Below are positions 9,733 to 18,823 of a stretch of DNA of 64,000 nucleotides, piece after piece. The stretch's first letter is position 1. Each line of letters starts with the position of its first letter. Below the pieces are notes generated by a model, which saw only the letters and a program-made list of their open reading frames with translations, made no database searches and had not been told where the DNA came from. Source of the DNA: an uncultured Gammaproteobacteria bacterium (GTDB taxonomy: Bacteria > Patescibacteriota > Microgenomatia > UBA12405); contig CAZCYZ010000001.1 in the NCBI GenBank assembly GCA_964503465.1, positions 129,702 through 193,701 on the forward strand. The letters are read 5' to 3'. Both the position numbers and the translations under genes were made by a program.

Positions 9733-10290
9733 ATGAAAAATAACTCTGCTCTCAAGATTCTTTTTCTCTACAACTCAATTTTCGTTTTTGCTAACAATCT
9801 TATTGGCCCACTTTTTGCTCTTTACCTTCAAGGTTTTCATTCCAGTACTGTTACTATTAGCTTTACCTGGGCAGTTTTTGTTTTCTTTACGACCATTTTT
9901 ACTTATCTTTTTTCGAAGTTTGGCGATCGAATTAAAGAACAAGAATATACCCTTATGGCCGGCTTCCTTATTCGTTCCATCGTCTGGTTTCTCTATATTT
10001 TTACTGATTCACTCTCGATGGTGGTTGTGCTTCAAGTTGTTTTGGCCTTGGGGGAAGCCTTGGGTTCTCCAAGTTTTGACACCATCTTGTCTCAACATCT
10101 CGACGATGGTAGTCAAGTAGCCGAATATTCCACCTGGCGAGTCATGGCCAATTTATCAATGGCCCTGGCCACCATCATCGGTGGTTTTGTTGTTGCCAAG
10201 TTTGGTTTTCAGGTTTTATTTGTTGTTATGTCTCTTTTGGGTCTTTTTGCTTTTTTTGGCGTGCTCTCCAAACCCCGGGAGTTGCTGTAA
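9733..10290 (+). CDS. small six-TM membrane protein resembling half of an MFS transporter
   Basis: 185 aa with six hydrophobic helices and an MFS-like loop (FSKFGDRIKEQE). The family assignment is weak. Confidence 0.4.
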   Translation: MKNNSALKILFLYNSIFVFANNLIGPLFALYLQGFHSSTVTISFTWAVFVFFTTIFTYLFSKFGDRIKEQEYTLMAGFLIRSIVWFLYIFTDSLSMVVVLQVVLALGEALGSPSFDTILSQHLDDGSQVAEYSTWRVMANLSMALATIIGGFVVAKFGFQVLFVVMSLLGLFAFFGVLSKPRELL

Positions 10291-10297
10291 ATCTCCT

Positions 10298-12190
10298 ATG
10301 TCCGATATTCTTGATGGTCTGAACCCTCAGCAAAAAGAAGCTGTGACTCACATTGGTTCACCTCTCCTTGTTCTGGCTGGTGCCGGTTCAGGTAAAACCA
10401 GAGTTTTAACCCATCGAGCGGCATATTTTGTTCACCAAAAACTTGCCAAACCATCTGAAATCTTGCTTTTAACCTTTACTAACAAGGCCGCTGGCGAAAT
10501 GAAAGACCGTATGTCCAAATTGTTAACATCAACAATTAACAAGTCGCCATCCGACAACCTGTTTGCAGGTACCTTTCATTCTTTCTGTTGTTCAGTTCTT
10601 CGTCGGCATGGATCGTATGTTGGCATCCCTCACAACTTTGTTATTTACGATACCGATGATCAGGAAAACACTATTAGTTTAATTCTCAAAGACATTGGTT
10701 TTACCCCCAAAGAATTTAAACCGAGTAGTGTTCTCTATTTTATTGAATCCGCCAAAAACAATTTCCTGACTCCCAAAGAGGCCAGGCAACAAGCTTCCGG
10801 TTTTTGGGCTGAACATGCGGCCAAAATTTATCAACTTTACCAAAACAAGTTGACTGAATTTCAGGCCCTAGACTTTAATGATCTAATTTTTAGGACTATC
10901 GAACTTTTTTATCAAAGTCCAGAAATTCTTGACAAATATCAGGATCAATATCGTTATATTTTAATTGACGAATATCAGGATACTAATCAAACCCAGTACC
11001 TGTTAACCAAACTCTTATCGCTTAAACATCATCAAATTACTGTTGTTGGTGATGCGTCCCAGGCTATTTACGGCTGGCGTGGCGCCGATTATCACAACCT
11101 TGACAGCTTTCTTCGCGATTTTAACGATACCAAGGTTGTTAATCTTGAGGAAAATTATCGTTCGACTCAAACCATCTTGGATGCCGCCAATTCGGTTATC
11201 TCCAAAAATAATTCTCATCCTATTCTTAAACTTTTCACTCTCAAACAATCGAACGATAAGATTAAAATTTTTGAGGCCGAATCCGAAATTGCCGAGGCCG
11301 ATTATCTTTCCGATCGAATTAATTTTTTGGTCAACACCCATCGCATTCCTCATCGGGCTATTGCCGTCCTTTATCGAATGAATGCCCAATCGCGTGTTAT
11401 CGAAGAGTCCTTTCTAAAAAACAACATTCCCTACGTTCTAATTGGTGGCCTTCGTTTTTATGAGCGGGCCGAAATCAAAGATATTCTCGCCATGGTTCGT
11501 TTCGCTGTTAATCATCAAGACCAGGTATCGTATGGCCGACTCACTAAAACATTTGGTAAAAAACGATTGTTTAGTTTTGAAAACTACTTAAAGGATGTCG
11601 ACTTGTCTGACCTTTCCTCGCTTCAAATTCTCGAGTCGTTAGTCCTTAATTCCGGTTACCTTGACCGTTTCGATCCAAAAGATGATGACGATCAACGTCG
11701 AATCGAAAACATTAAGGAACTCAAGTCCGTTGCTACTTCCTTTCCCAAGATTAACGACTTTTTAGAAAACATTGCCTTGGTTCAAGCCGAATATAGTCAG
11801 CAGGAAAAATCCAAGAGAAAGGAAAAGCGCGACGGCATCAGGCTGATGACTCTTCACAGCAGTAAAGGATTAGAGTTTGAAGCGGTTTTTTTGGTCGGTT
11901 TTGAAGAGGGGATATTGCCCCATTCACGAAGCATGGTCGACGATTCCGATATCGAAGAAGAAAGGCGCCTTTGTTATGTTGGTATCACTCGGGCCAAAGA
12001 TTATCTTCACCTCTCCTATGCTTCCCGTCGTCTCTATTTTGGCCGCTCATCATTAAACGAACCTTCCCGTTTCCTGGCCGATATTCCAAACAACTTAATC
12101 GAATTTGACCAGGTTGCTAATATTACTCGAGACTATCGCCATCGTCAGGATTCTGGTGACGATCTTACTTATGATCCAGATATATACTAA
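10298..12190 (+). CDS. pcrA: UvrD/PcrA-type SF1 DNA helicase
   Basis: Motifs seen: LNPQQKEAV, Walker A AGAGSGKTRVLTHR, ILIDEYQDTN, VGDASQAIYGWRGA, NYRST and TLHSSKGLEFEAVFL. The ATG at 10298 fits family N-termini. The track start at 10181 is an in-frame extension across the upstream gene. Confidence 0.92.
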   Translation: MSDILDGLNPQQKEAVTHIGSPLLVLAGAGSGKTRVLTHRAAYFVHQKLAKPSEILLLTFTNKAAGEMKDRMSKLLTSTINKSPSDNLFAGTFHSFCCSVLRRHGSYVGIPHNFVIYDTDDQENTISLILKDIGFTPKEFKPSSVLYFIESAKNNFLTPKEARQQASGFWAEHAAKIYQLYQNKLTEFQALDFNDLIFRTIELFYQSPEILDKYQDQYRYILIDEYQDTNQTQYLLTKLLSLKHHQITVVGDASQAIYGWRGADYHNLDSFLRDFNDTKVVNLEENYRSTQTILDAANSVISKNNSHPILKLFTLKQSNDKIKIFEAESEIAEADYLSDRINFLVNTHRIPHRAIAVLYRMNAQSRVIEESFLKNNIPYVLIGGLRFYERAEIKDILAMVRFAVNHQDQVSYGRLTKTFGKKRLFSFENYLKDVDLSDLSSLQILESLVLNSGYLDRFDPKDDDDQRRIENIKELKSVATSFPKINDFLENIALVQAEYSQQEKSKRKEKRDGIRLMTLHSSKGLEFEAVFLVGFEEGILPHSRSMVDDSDIEEERRLCYVGITRAKDYLHLSYASRRLYFGRSSLNEPSRFLADIPNNLIEFDQVANITRDYRHRQDSGDDLTYDPDIY

Positions 12191-12193
12191 GTT

Positions 12194-13201
12194 ATGATTA
12201 CTCGGATTCTCTATGATGAGGAGAAAGACCAGTACAATGCCGTTGTTAATCATCCTCTTCAAACCTGGGAATGGGGTGAGTTTCAAAAGTCCCAAGGTCA
12301 TAAAGTCTACCGCCTGGGGGTCTTTGATCAGGAAAAACTGATCTCTGGTTACACCATCTCTTTCCACCAAGTTCCAAAAACAAAATATTCAGTTGGTACC
12401 ATTCTCCGTGGTCCGAATATCGACGAAGACTTACTAACTAATGTTTCCAAAATTGCCGTTGATGAAAACGCCATTTTTGTCAAACTCGAACCAGACGTTT
12501 TAAAAAAAAATAGCTCCTACTACTCCTTTTCTAATCTTTTTTCTTCCCCCAAGAGTGCTTTTTACCCCCATTCCCACATCGTCGATTTAACCAGGTCCGA
12601 AGAAGAATTATTGACCCTTTGTCACCCTAAAACTCGCTACAATATTCGTCTTGCTAATCGTCACGGGGTTAAAACTGAAGAAGTTACTACCGATTCTGGT
12701 TTCGAGCAATATCTTAAATTGATTTTTGAGTCCACCAAGCGTCAAGGTTTTTATCTTCACTCTCCCGAATATCATCGCCGTCAGTGGCAGATTCTCAAAA
12801 AAACCCATATCCCCCACATTTTTTTGGCTTCCTATCGAGGTGAAGTTTTGGCCGCCTTTATGACCTTTGTCTTTAGGGATCGTCTGTTTTACCCCTATGG
12901 CGGCACATCGGACAATCACAAAGAAGTTATGGCTCCAAATTTGTTAATGTGGGAGATTATCAAATTTGGTCGATCTCAAAATTTAAAAACCTTTGATATG
13001 TGGGGTAGTCTTGGACCTAATGCTCGGGAGGGGGATAATGGCTTTGGCTTTCATCGTTTTAAACAAGGTTATGGTGGTGAACTAAAAGAATTTGTTGGCA
13101 GTTATGATTTGGTACTTAACATCCAACTTTACAAATTTTACAACTTTATCAATTTAATTCGTTGGTTTCTTCTCCGCCTCAAAGCTAAATTTCTGCGCTA
13201 A
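12194..13201 (+). CDS. FemAB-family peptidoglycan interpeptide-bridge aminoacyltransferase
   Basis: 335 aa. N-terminal LQTWEWGEFQKSQGH, HPKTRYNIRLA, a central helical segment and a C-terminal YGGTS...APNLLMWEIIKF pattern are typical of FemAB/FemX (PF02388-like). Confidence 0.75.
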   Translation: MITRILYDEEKDQYNAVVNHPLQTWEWGEFQKSQGHKVYRLGVFDQEKLISGYTISFHQVPKTKYSVGTILRGPNIDEDLLTNVSKIAVDENAIFVKLEPDVLKKNSSYYSFSNLFSSPKSAFYPHSHIVDLTRSEEELLTLCHPKTRYNIRLANRHGVKTEEVTTDSGFEQYLKLIFESTKRQGFYLHSPEYHRRQWQILKKTHIPHIFLASYRGEVLAAFMTFVFRDRLFYPYGGTSDNHKEVMAPNLLMWEIIKFGRSQNLKTFDMWGSLGPNAREGDNGFGFHRFKQGYGGELKEFVGSYDLVLNIQLYKFYNFINLIRWFLLRLKAKFLR

Positions 13202-13210
13202 AATATACCC

Positions 13211-13504
13211 ATGTCTTCTGTTATCTCTGACGATCAGTTTCAGCACATTGCCAAATTATCCCGTTTAGAAATAAAACCGGAAGAAAATTTTATCAAGGAT
13301 CAGCTTTCTCAAGCAGCCGAATATGTCGAGGTTCTCAAAGAACTAGATACCACCAGCGTTGAGCCTACCTTTCAGGTAAATCACAAGCAAAACGTTTTCC
13401 GCCAAGATGTTGTAACTGAATCACTAACCCAACAAGAAGCCTTGTCCCAGGCCAAACTTACCCAAAACGGTTATTTTGTTACCACAGCAACCATTAAAAA
13501 ATAA
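13211..13504 (+). CDS. gatC: Asp/Glu-tRNA amidotransferase subunit C
   Basis: 97 aa. The IAKLSRLEIKPEE...EYVEVLKELDTTSVEPT pattern is present, and the gene lies directly upstream of gatA. Confidence 0.88.
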   Translation: MSSVISDDQFQHIAKLSRLEIKPEENFIKDQLSQAAEYVEVLKELDTTSVEPTFQVNHKQNVFRQDVVTESLTQQEALSQAKLTQNGYFVTTATIKK

Positions 13505-13535
13505 TGTTAAGAATCAAGACCTTTTTATTTTTAAG

Positions 13536-13568
13536 TCTCCCTTGTCAAGGGGAGATTTAGAGGGGTTT
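13536..13568 (+). repeat. intercistronic hairpin element, copy 1 (TCTCCCTTgtcaAAGGGGAGA + AGAGGGGTTTT SD-like box before ATG)
   Basis: An 8-bp stem pairs 13536-13543 with 13548-13555, followed by AGAGGGGTTTTATG. The same module recurs at 54596-54650. Confidence 0.6.
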
Positions 13569-13569
13569 T

Positions 13570-14967
13570 ATGAGTGACTTAAACAGACTAACTCTGGTGG
13601 AAGCCCGCCAAGGTTTATTATCAAAAAAGTTTTCTTCTCGTGAACTGATTACTGATTGCTTTTCTCAAATTAAAAAAGTTGAACCTCAATTAAACGCTTT
13701 TGTTTCATTATTCGAAGAAGAATCATTAACCAAAGCCGATAATATCGATCTGTCAAAACCATTGGCTGGTATTCCTGTGGCTGTCAAAGACAATTTTTTG
13801 GTCAAGGACCATCGCACCACCGCTTCAGCCAAGGTCCTTGATAGTTACACTGCTCAATATTCTTCCACTTTTACTCAGCGTCTTGAAGATGCTGGGGCCA
13901 TCATCATCGGTAAAACCAACATGGATGCTTGGGCTCACGGCTCATCTACCGAAACTTCCGATTATGGCCCGACCAAAAATCCTTGGAATACCAATCATCT
14001 ACCCGGCGGTTCCAGTGGTGGCAGTGCTGCAGCCGTTGCTGCTGATGAGTGTACTGTTGCTGTTGGTTCCGAAACTGCCGGCTCGATTCGTCAACCAGCT
14101 GCCTGGTGCGGGGTGGTTGGCTTCAAACCCACCTATGGTCGTTGTTCTCGTTACGGCACTATCGCTATGAAATCCAGCACCGATTCACCTGGACCAATTG
14201 CCAAGACAGTTGACGATGCCGCTTATATCCTTTCGCTTGTTTCTGGTTACGATCCCCACGATGCCACTAGTATCGAAGAAGGCCCGTGGTTAATCCCGCC
14301 ACCTTTAACTTCACTTAAGAATATTAAAATTGGCCTTCCTCTGTCGTATTTTCCTCCGCAAATTCAGCCAGATGTAAAACAGGCAGTTTTAAATTCCACT
14401 GAAATTTTCAAAAAACTAGGTGCTGAAATTGTTGAGCTCCCTGACGTTCTAGATCCCAAATATTCGGTTGCCATCTATACCATTCTTCAACGTTCCGAGG
14501 TTAGTAGCAACCTATCTCGATTTGATGGCATTCGCTACGGTAATGATCGCTCATTTTTTTCCCAAGAGGCCAAACGCCGGATTATGCTTGGAACTTATTC
14601 TCTTTCCGCTGGATATTACGATGCCTATTACACCAAAGCTCAAAAAGCCAGAACCCTCCTCTGTCAGGATTTTGACAAACAGTTTGCCAAAGTTGATGTC
14701 ATTATTGGTCCTACCTCTCCTAGTACTGCTCTGCCTCTTAAGGCCACCGAAGGTCAGGCTATGTTTGGTGAACTCCAAGACATGTTCTTGGAACCATCAA
14801 GTATTGCCGGTCTGGCTGGTATTTCCATTCCTTGTGGTTTTGACACTAACAATCTTCCCATTGGTCTTACTATCGTTGCTCCCCAAAAGCGCGAAGATAT
14901 TGTCTATCAACTGGCCAAAACCTTCGAATCCAACACCGATTATCATCTCCAAAAACCTAAACTATGA
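13570..14967 (+). CDS. gatA: Glu-tRNA(Gln)/Asp-tRNA(Asn) amidotransferase subunit A
   Basis: Amidase signature GGSSGGSAAAVAA, plus PVAVKDNF and GKTNMDAWAHGSSTE. Length is 465 aa. Confidence 0.95.
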   Translation: MSDLNRLTLVEARQGLLSKKFSSRELITDCFSQIKKVEPQLNAFVSLFEEESLTKADNIDLSKPLAGIPVAVKDNFLVKDHRTTASAKVLDSYTAQYSSTFTQRLEDAGAIIIGKTNMDAWAHGSSTETSDYGPTKNPWNTNHLPGGSSGGSAAAVAADECTVAVGSETAGSIRQPAAWCGVVGFKPTYGRCSRYGTIAMKSSTDSPGPIAKTVDDAAYILSLVSGYDPHDATSIEEGPWLIPPPLTSLKNIKIGLPLSYFPPQIQPDVKQAVLNSTEIFKKLGAEIVELPDVLDPKYSVAIYTILQRSEVSSNLSRFDGIRYGNDRSFFSQEAKRRIMLGTYSLSAGYYDAYYTKAQKARTLLCQDFDKQFAKVDVIIGPTSPSTALPLKATEGQAMFGELQDMFLEPSSIAGLAGISIPCGFDTNNLPIGLTIVAPQKREDIVYQLAKTFESNTDYHLQKPKL

Positions 14968-15872
14968 TTACCAGACTTGACTCCACCACTCTTGCCAAAA
15001 TCACTACTCAGGCCGATATGGACGAATTTGTTAATTCCCTTGGTCTGACGACTAATACCGTTATCATTAAGCCCAATTGGGTTGATGGTTGTCTTGGTAC
15101 TCATACCGAAGCAAAAGTTCTTGACCTGTTTTTAGGATCATTAAAAAATAAAAAAATTTATCTTGTCGAAAGTTACACTTTTTGGCGCAATCAAAAATCA
15201 ACCGAAGAAGGGGAGGATTCTTTTTCTTCTTCCGAAGCTCAATTTGATACTGGCCAAAAACATTGGGATTTTTTCAAAGCCGGTGACGACTGGTTTCTAA
15301 GAAACAGTGGTATCGGTAAAGTTATTGGGAAATATGGAATCACCTACATTAATGTCACCAATGAACTTTGGGCTGGCCGGGAATCACCCATCCCTCTGGT
15401 TCCCCAAGTTCTTTACGATCTTCAGGGTTCTGACTTTATTAGTTTTGCCAAACTAAAGGGTGATGGTGATTATGGCGCCACCCTATCTATCAAAAATCTT
15501 TTTGGCCTTTACCCAGACCCGCATCGAATGAAAAAATATCATGGGGAAAATGATGAATTGATAAAAGATTCAATTCTAAAGATTAATCAAACCTATCGGC
15601 CTCTCTTTAAACACTTTTCCATTGTCGAAGGTGTCTATTTTGCCAGTTATGTCCACTGGTCCAAACACATTCATCAAGTATCCCAAGATTTGGGTATTAT
15701 TATTGGTGGTCAAGACGCCCTCCAAGTTGACGACACCGCTCTTAAAATGACCCAAACTCAACCATCCGGATCTCTCAAAACACTTCTGGTTGACTATCAA
15801 AAACTTTTTGGTGGTAACTTCCAGTCTCAAAGTATCCCTTCCGATTACCATGTTGAGTTGTTCAAACTATGA
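14964..15872 (+). CDS. DUF362-like protein inserted between gatA and gatB
   Basis: 302 aa. The N-terminal VIIKPNWVDG...THTEAKVLDLFLGSL...KIYLVES pattern resembles DUF362 and the 6056-7111 protein. ATGA overlaps occur at both ends. Confidence 0.45.
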   Translation: MITRLDSTTLAKITTQADMDEFVNSLGLTTNTVIIKPNWVDGCLGTHTEAKVLDLFLGSLKNKKIYLVESYTFWRNQKSTEEGEDSFSSSEAQFDTGQKHWDFFKAGDDWFLRNSGIGKVIGKYGITYINVTNELWAGRESPIPLVPQVLYDLQGSDFISFAKLKGDGDYGATLSIKNLFGLYPDPHRMKKYHGENDELIKDSILKINQTYRPLFKHFSIVEGVYFASYVHWSKHIHQVSQDLGIIIGGQDALQVDDTALKMTQTQPSGSLKTLLVDYQKLFGGNFQSQSIPSDYHVELFKL

Positions 15873-16159
15873 AAGTCGTTCAATGGTCAATGACTGTTTC
15901 AAACAATTTACATCAAGAATTTATTGAATATTCCCAAAACGTATTAAAACCCACCTGGTTCAAGTTTGGTGCCATCGATTATCGACTTTTTGAAGGAGAA
16001 AATAAGTTTATAGAACAGCTATTCTTCCCAGAAGATTTCAATCCCGAAGAGTTCTTTGCCAAAGTTAAATCCGATCCAAAGGCCAACGAAGTTTCCAAAA
16101 GTTATGAACAACACTTTCAGGCCACCAACATTCAAAAGGAGGTACTAAATCAACTATGA
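15869..16159 (+). CDS. hypothetical 96-aa protein inserted between gatA and gatB
   Basis: The ORF has 4-nt ATGA overlaps with both neighbours, suggesting translational coupling. I recognised no motif. Confidence 0.5.
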   Translation: MKVVQWSMTVSNNLHQEFIEYSQNVLKPTWFKFGAIDYRLFEGENKFIEQLFFPEDFNPEEFFAKVKSDPKANEVSKSYEQHFQATNIQKEVLNQL

Positions 16160-17553
16160 CCACCACTCCCATCATCGGACTTGAGGTTCATGTCGAACTA
16201 AAAACCAAATCAAAAATGTTTTGTGGTTGCAATGCCGAGCATTTTCAGCAGCAGCCCAACACCCACACCTGCCCGGTTTGTCTGGGTCTCCCCGGGGCAC
16301 TACCTGTCCCCAACATTATTGCCTGCCAGTGGTGTCTTAAGCTTGGACTGGCCCTCGGTTGCAGTATCAACCAGCATTCTTTTTTTGAGCGTAAAAATTA
16401 TTTTTATCCCGATCTGGCCAAGGGTTATCAAATCTCCCAACTTCAAAAACCGTTTTGCATTAACGGTCAACTAATTATCGATTCCCACTCCGTTCGCATC
16501 AATCGAGTTCACATGGAGGAGGATACTGGTAAATCAGTTCATGTCGGCGACCAGACCCTATTGGATTTTAACCGTTCCGGTGTTCCCTTGGTCGAAATTG
16601 TCTCCGAACCGGATATTAATTCTCCCGAAATCGCTAAAAAATATCTTCAAAAAATTCAGCAAATTGTCCGTTACTTGGGAATTTCTGATGCCGATATTGA
16701 AAAGGGGAGCATGCGTTGCGAACCGACTGTCAATGTCAATATTGATGGCCATTTTACCCCCTTGGTCGAAATTAAAAACGTCGCCTCTCTTACCGGGGTT
16801 CTAAATGCTATCCAATACGAAATTGATCGTCAAATCAAACAATTCGAGACCGATCATCTCGAAAAATCGCCGACCAACAAAACTACCCGTGGTTGGGATG
16901 CTGATAAGCAACAAACCTTTTTGCAACGGGAAAAAGAGGGAAGTGCTGACTATCGCTATTTTCCCGAACCCGATATTCCCCCAGTTGTTTGGTCCGATGC
17001 TGATATTAACACCATCAAATCGACCATTCCCGAACTTCCTGACCAAAAAATTGCCAAATATAAATCCTATGGCCTATCCGATTACGATGCTAATCTTTTG
17101 GCCGAAGACCAGATGTTTGCTGCCACTTTTGAAAAAGTTACCGGTGACCAACCTTCTCCTGAATTTGCAAAGTTTGTAGCTAATTTGTTTATCGGTCCGC
17201 TTAAGGCCATTAATCTTGATCAAGTAAATCCAGTTTATTTCAAAAATCTTTTTGACCACAAGCATGAGTTATCCTCGACGGCCATAAAAGAACTAATCAT
17301 TGAATCACTTTCGTCTAATGTTGACCCTTTAAAAATCGCCGCCGATAAAAATCTCTTTCAGGTCTCCGACACTGATACCATCGAGAAACTTGCCAGGCAA
17401 GTTATCGCTACTAACACCAAGGCAGTTGACGATTATCACAAAAACCCATTGGCCATTGGATTTCTTGTCGGTCAACTAATGAAACTTTCCCAGGGTTCCG
17501 CCAACCCTCAACTGGCCAAGGAAGTACTTGAGAAACTTCTCTCGACTAAGTAA
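16156..17553 (+). CDS. gatB: Asp/Glu-tRNA amidotransferase subunit B
   Basis: Motifs IGLEVHVELKTKSKMFCGC, CPVCLGLPGALP, FERKNYFYPDL and a C-terminal YqeY-like tail. Length is 465 aa. Confidence 0.95.
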   Translation: MTTTPIIGLEVHVELKTKSKMFCGCNAEHFQQQPNTHTCPVCLGLPGALPVPNIIACQWCLKLGLALGCSINQHSFFERKNYFYPDLAKGYQISQLQKPFCINGQLIIDSHSVRINRVHMEEDTGKSVHVGDQTLLDFNRSGVPLVEIVSEPDINSPEIAKKYLQKIQQIVRYLGISDADIEKGSMRCEPTVNVNIDGHFTPLVEIKNVASLTGVLNAIQYEIDRQIKQFETDHLEKSPTNKTTRGWDADKQQTFLQREKEGSADYRYFPEPDIPPVVWSDADINTIKSTIPELPDQKIAKYKSYGLSDYDANLLAEDQMFAATFEKVTGDQPSPEFAKFVANLFIGPLKAINLDQVNPVYFKNLFDHKHELSSTAIKELIIESLSSNVDPLKIAADKNLFQVSDTDTIEKLARQVIATNTKAVDDYHKNPLAIGFLVGQLMKLSQGSANPQLAKEVLEKLLSTK

Positions 17554-17555
17554 AT

Positions 17556-17711
17556 ATGATCAAAAAAATTGCTTTGATTGTCCTAATTGTCATGGGCGCC
17601 ATCTTTGCTATTCGTTTGCTTACCCCCGAAGACACCTGGGTTTGCTCGCAGGGCCAATGGATTAAACATGGCAACCCCTCCATCCCCATGCCCTCATCTT
17701 CTTGTCCCTAG
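17556..17711 (+). CDS. small (51 aa) membrane-anchored protein
   Basis: Own translation of an ORF below the track cutoff: MIKKIALIVLIVMGAIFAIRLLTPEDTWVCSQGQWIKHGNPSIPMPSSSCP. It has an N-terminal TM helix, and the ATG lies 2 nt after the gatB stop. Confidence 0.4.
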   Translation: MIKKIALIVLIVMGAIFAIRLLTPEDTWVCSQGQWIKHGNPSIPMPSSSCP

Positions 17712-18443
17712 TTATTTGCGTTTCACTCGTCTCCCAAGTTCCTTCAATACACCAGCAACCTGTCGATCAAATGTCCGTCTTTCGTTAACAATCTCATATC
17801 CTAAACTTTTTCGGTGAGCCGCTCCGGCTCGTCCAATTCCAGCTATTTCACAGTCAAAAGCCAAAATATCTCCTCGATTTCTCGTGGCCACTTGTCGTAC
17901 GGTTTTTTCACCTCTCTTAGGATTGGCTCTTTCTTCTTCTATTTGCTCCTGAAGTGCTAGTATCCTATCTGCACCCCTAGCTATTTCAGTAATTTCCGGC
18001 CAAAGATCTTTTGCTCCGTCTGGTATAACAATTGTACTTCCATCGGCACTACCACCATCTTGGTACAGATAAATCACACCATTAACGTTTCGTCCATCTC
18101 TTGTTCCCCTAACCATACACCCGATTGTGGTTTGCAACAAATGATTTCCTCTTAGGGGTGGTGGTTTGAATTCAATTACTGCGCGGGGAGTTATTGCGTC
18201 AGATCTTACTGATAATTTCAATCCATCAGGTCCGATCTCGATTTCGTCTTCAACTTCAAATCTTGTCTCAACCCCTCGTAATCCTCTTAGTGGTTTGGGC
18301 AAGTCACCAGACACAATTCTTTTTTTGATTTCCTGATGGGCCTTTATTCCAGCCTTACTCGCTTCTTGGTCTAAATTTTTTGGTGGTCCACCCCGTATTA
18401 CTTCGGCTATCTTACTTGGCGTAATTCTCCTCTCCGCCACCAA
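17712..18443 (-). CDS. orphan protein with PD-(D/E)XK nuclease-like motifs (Cas4/RecB-like core), non-ATG start
   Basis: 243-aa minus-strand ORF with no competing + strand ORF. The candidate motif order is H/E helix (GIKAHQEIKK), LSVRSDAI (Asp), AVIEFK (ExK) and LLQTTIGC (QxxxY-like). The start is TTG or GTG at 18443/18440. The protein is rich in Arg, Gly and Ala, unlike its neighbours. Confidence 0.5.
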   Translation of the reverse strand: MVAERRITPSKIAEVIRGGPPKNLDQEASKAGIKAHQEIKKRIVSGDLPKPLRGLRGVETRFEVEDEIEIGPDGLKLSVRSDAITPRAVIEFKPPPLRGNHLLQTTIGCMVRGTRDGRNVNGVIYLYQDGGSADGSTIVIPDGAKDLWPEITEIARGADRILALQEQIEEERANPKRGEKTVRQVATRNRGDILAFDCEIAGIGRAGAAHRKSLGYEIVNERRTFDRQVAGVLKELGRRVKRK

Positions 18444-18542
18444 ATAACATTCTAATCAAGTACCCCACTTTATCAAGCAGATAATTGTCATCATTGTTAT
18501 CCTATAGTTTCAAAAATACAAAAAAGAGTTATAATCACCCAA

Positions 18543-18809
18543 ATGGAGAAACAAAAAATCAAATATCACGGAGTTGATGCCTGGGGTAATCGTATCCCTA
18601 TTGTTACTGCTACCAAACCGGGTAAAGGCGAAACAATACCTGGAGTTGCCCTAAACCGTTCATCCGCCTCTGTGATCGTTGATGGTAGAGCTATTCAGAT
18701 GCCATTCAGTGAAACCGATGTCCGAATTACTCGAATGCCCAACTGTAAAGGTGCCCAAAGATTTCGAGTTATGCCGGTTAGGGAATCACGTAGTCCCGAT
18801 TTTGAATAA
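18543..18809 (+). CDS. hypothetical 88-aa protein, divergent from the PD-(D/E)XK-like gene
   Basis: ATG-initiated ORF with TATAAT at 18530-18535, 7 nt upstream of the start. No recognisable motif. Confidence 0.4.
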   Translation: MEKQKIKYHGVDAWGNRIPIVTATKPGKGETIPGVALNRSSASVIVDGRAIQMPFSETDVRITRMPNCKGAQRFRVMPVRESRSPDFE

Positions 18810-18823
18810 CGCTATACTAGATA

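Noticed and set aside
10181-10297. N-terminal extensions of track ORFs (pcrA from 10181, dnaK from 29862, ruvX from 54570, SIMPL from 44258, methylthiotransferase from 57170)
   Set aside because: The extensions overlap upstream genes or translate intergenic hairpins. Family-typical N-termini begin at the downstream ATGs that I used.
12502-12510. A9 homopolymer inside the FemAB-like gene as a phase-variation switch
   Set aside because: It is a single modest run in an AT-rich genome. Similar A8 runs occur in infB and elsewhere, and there is no evidence of length heterogeneity from a single sequence.
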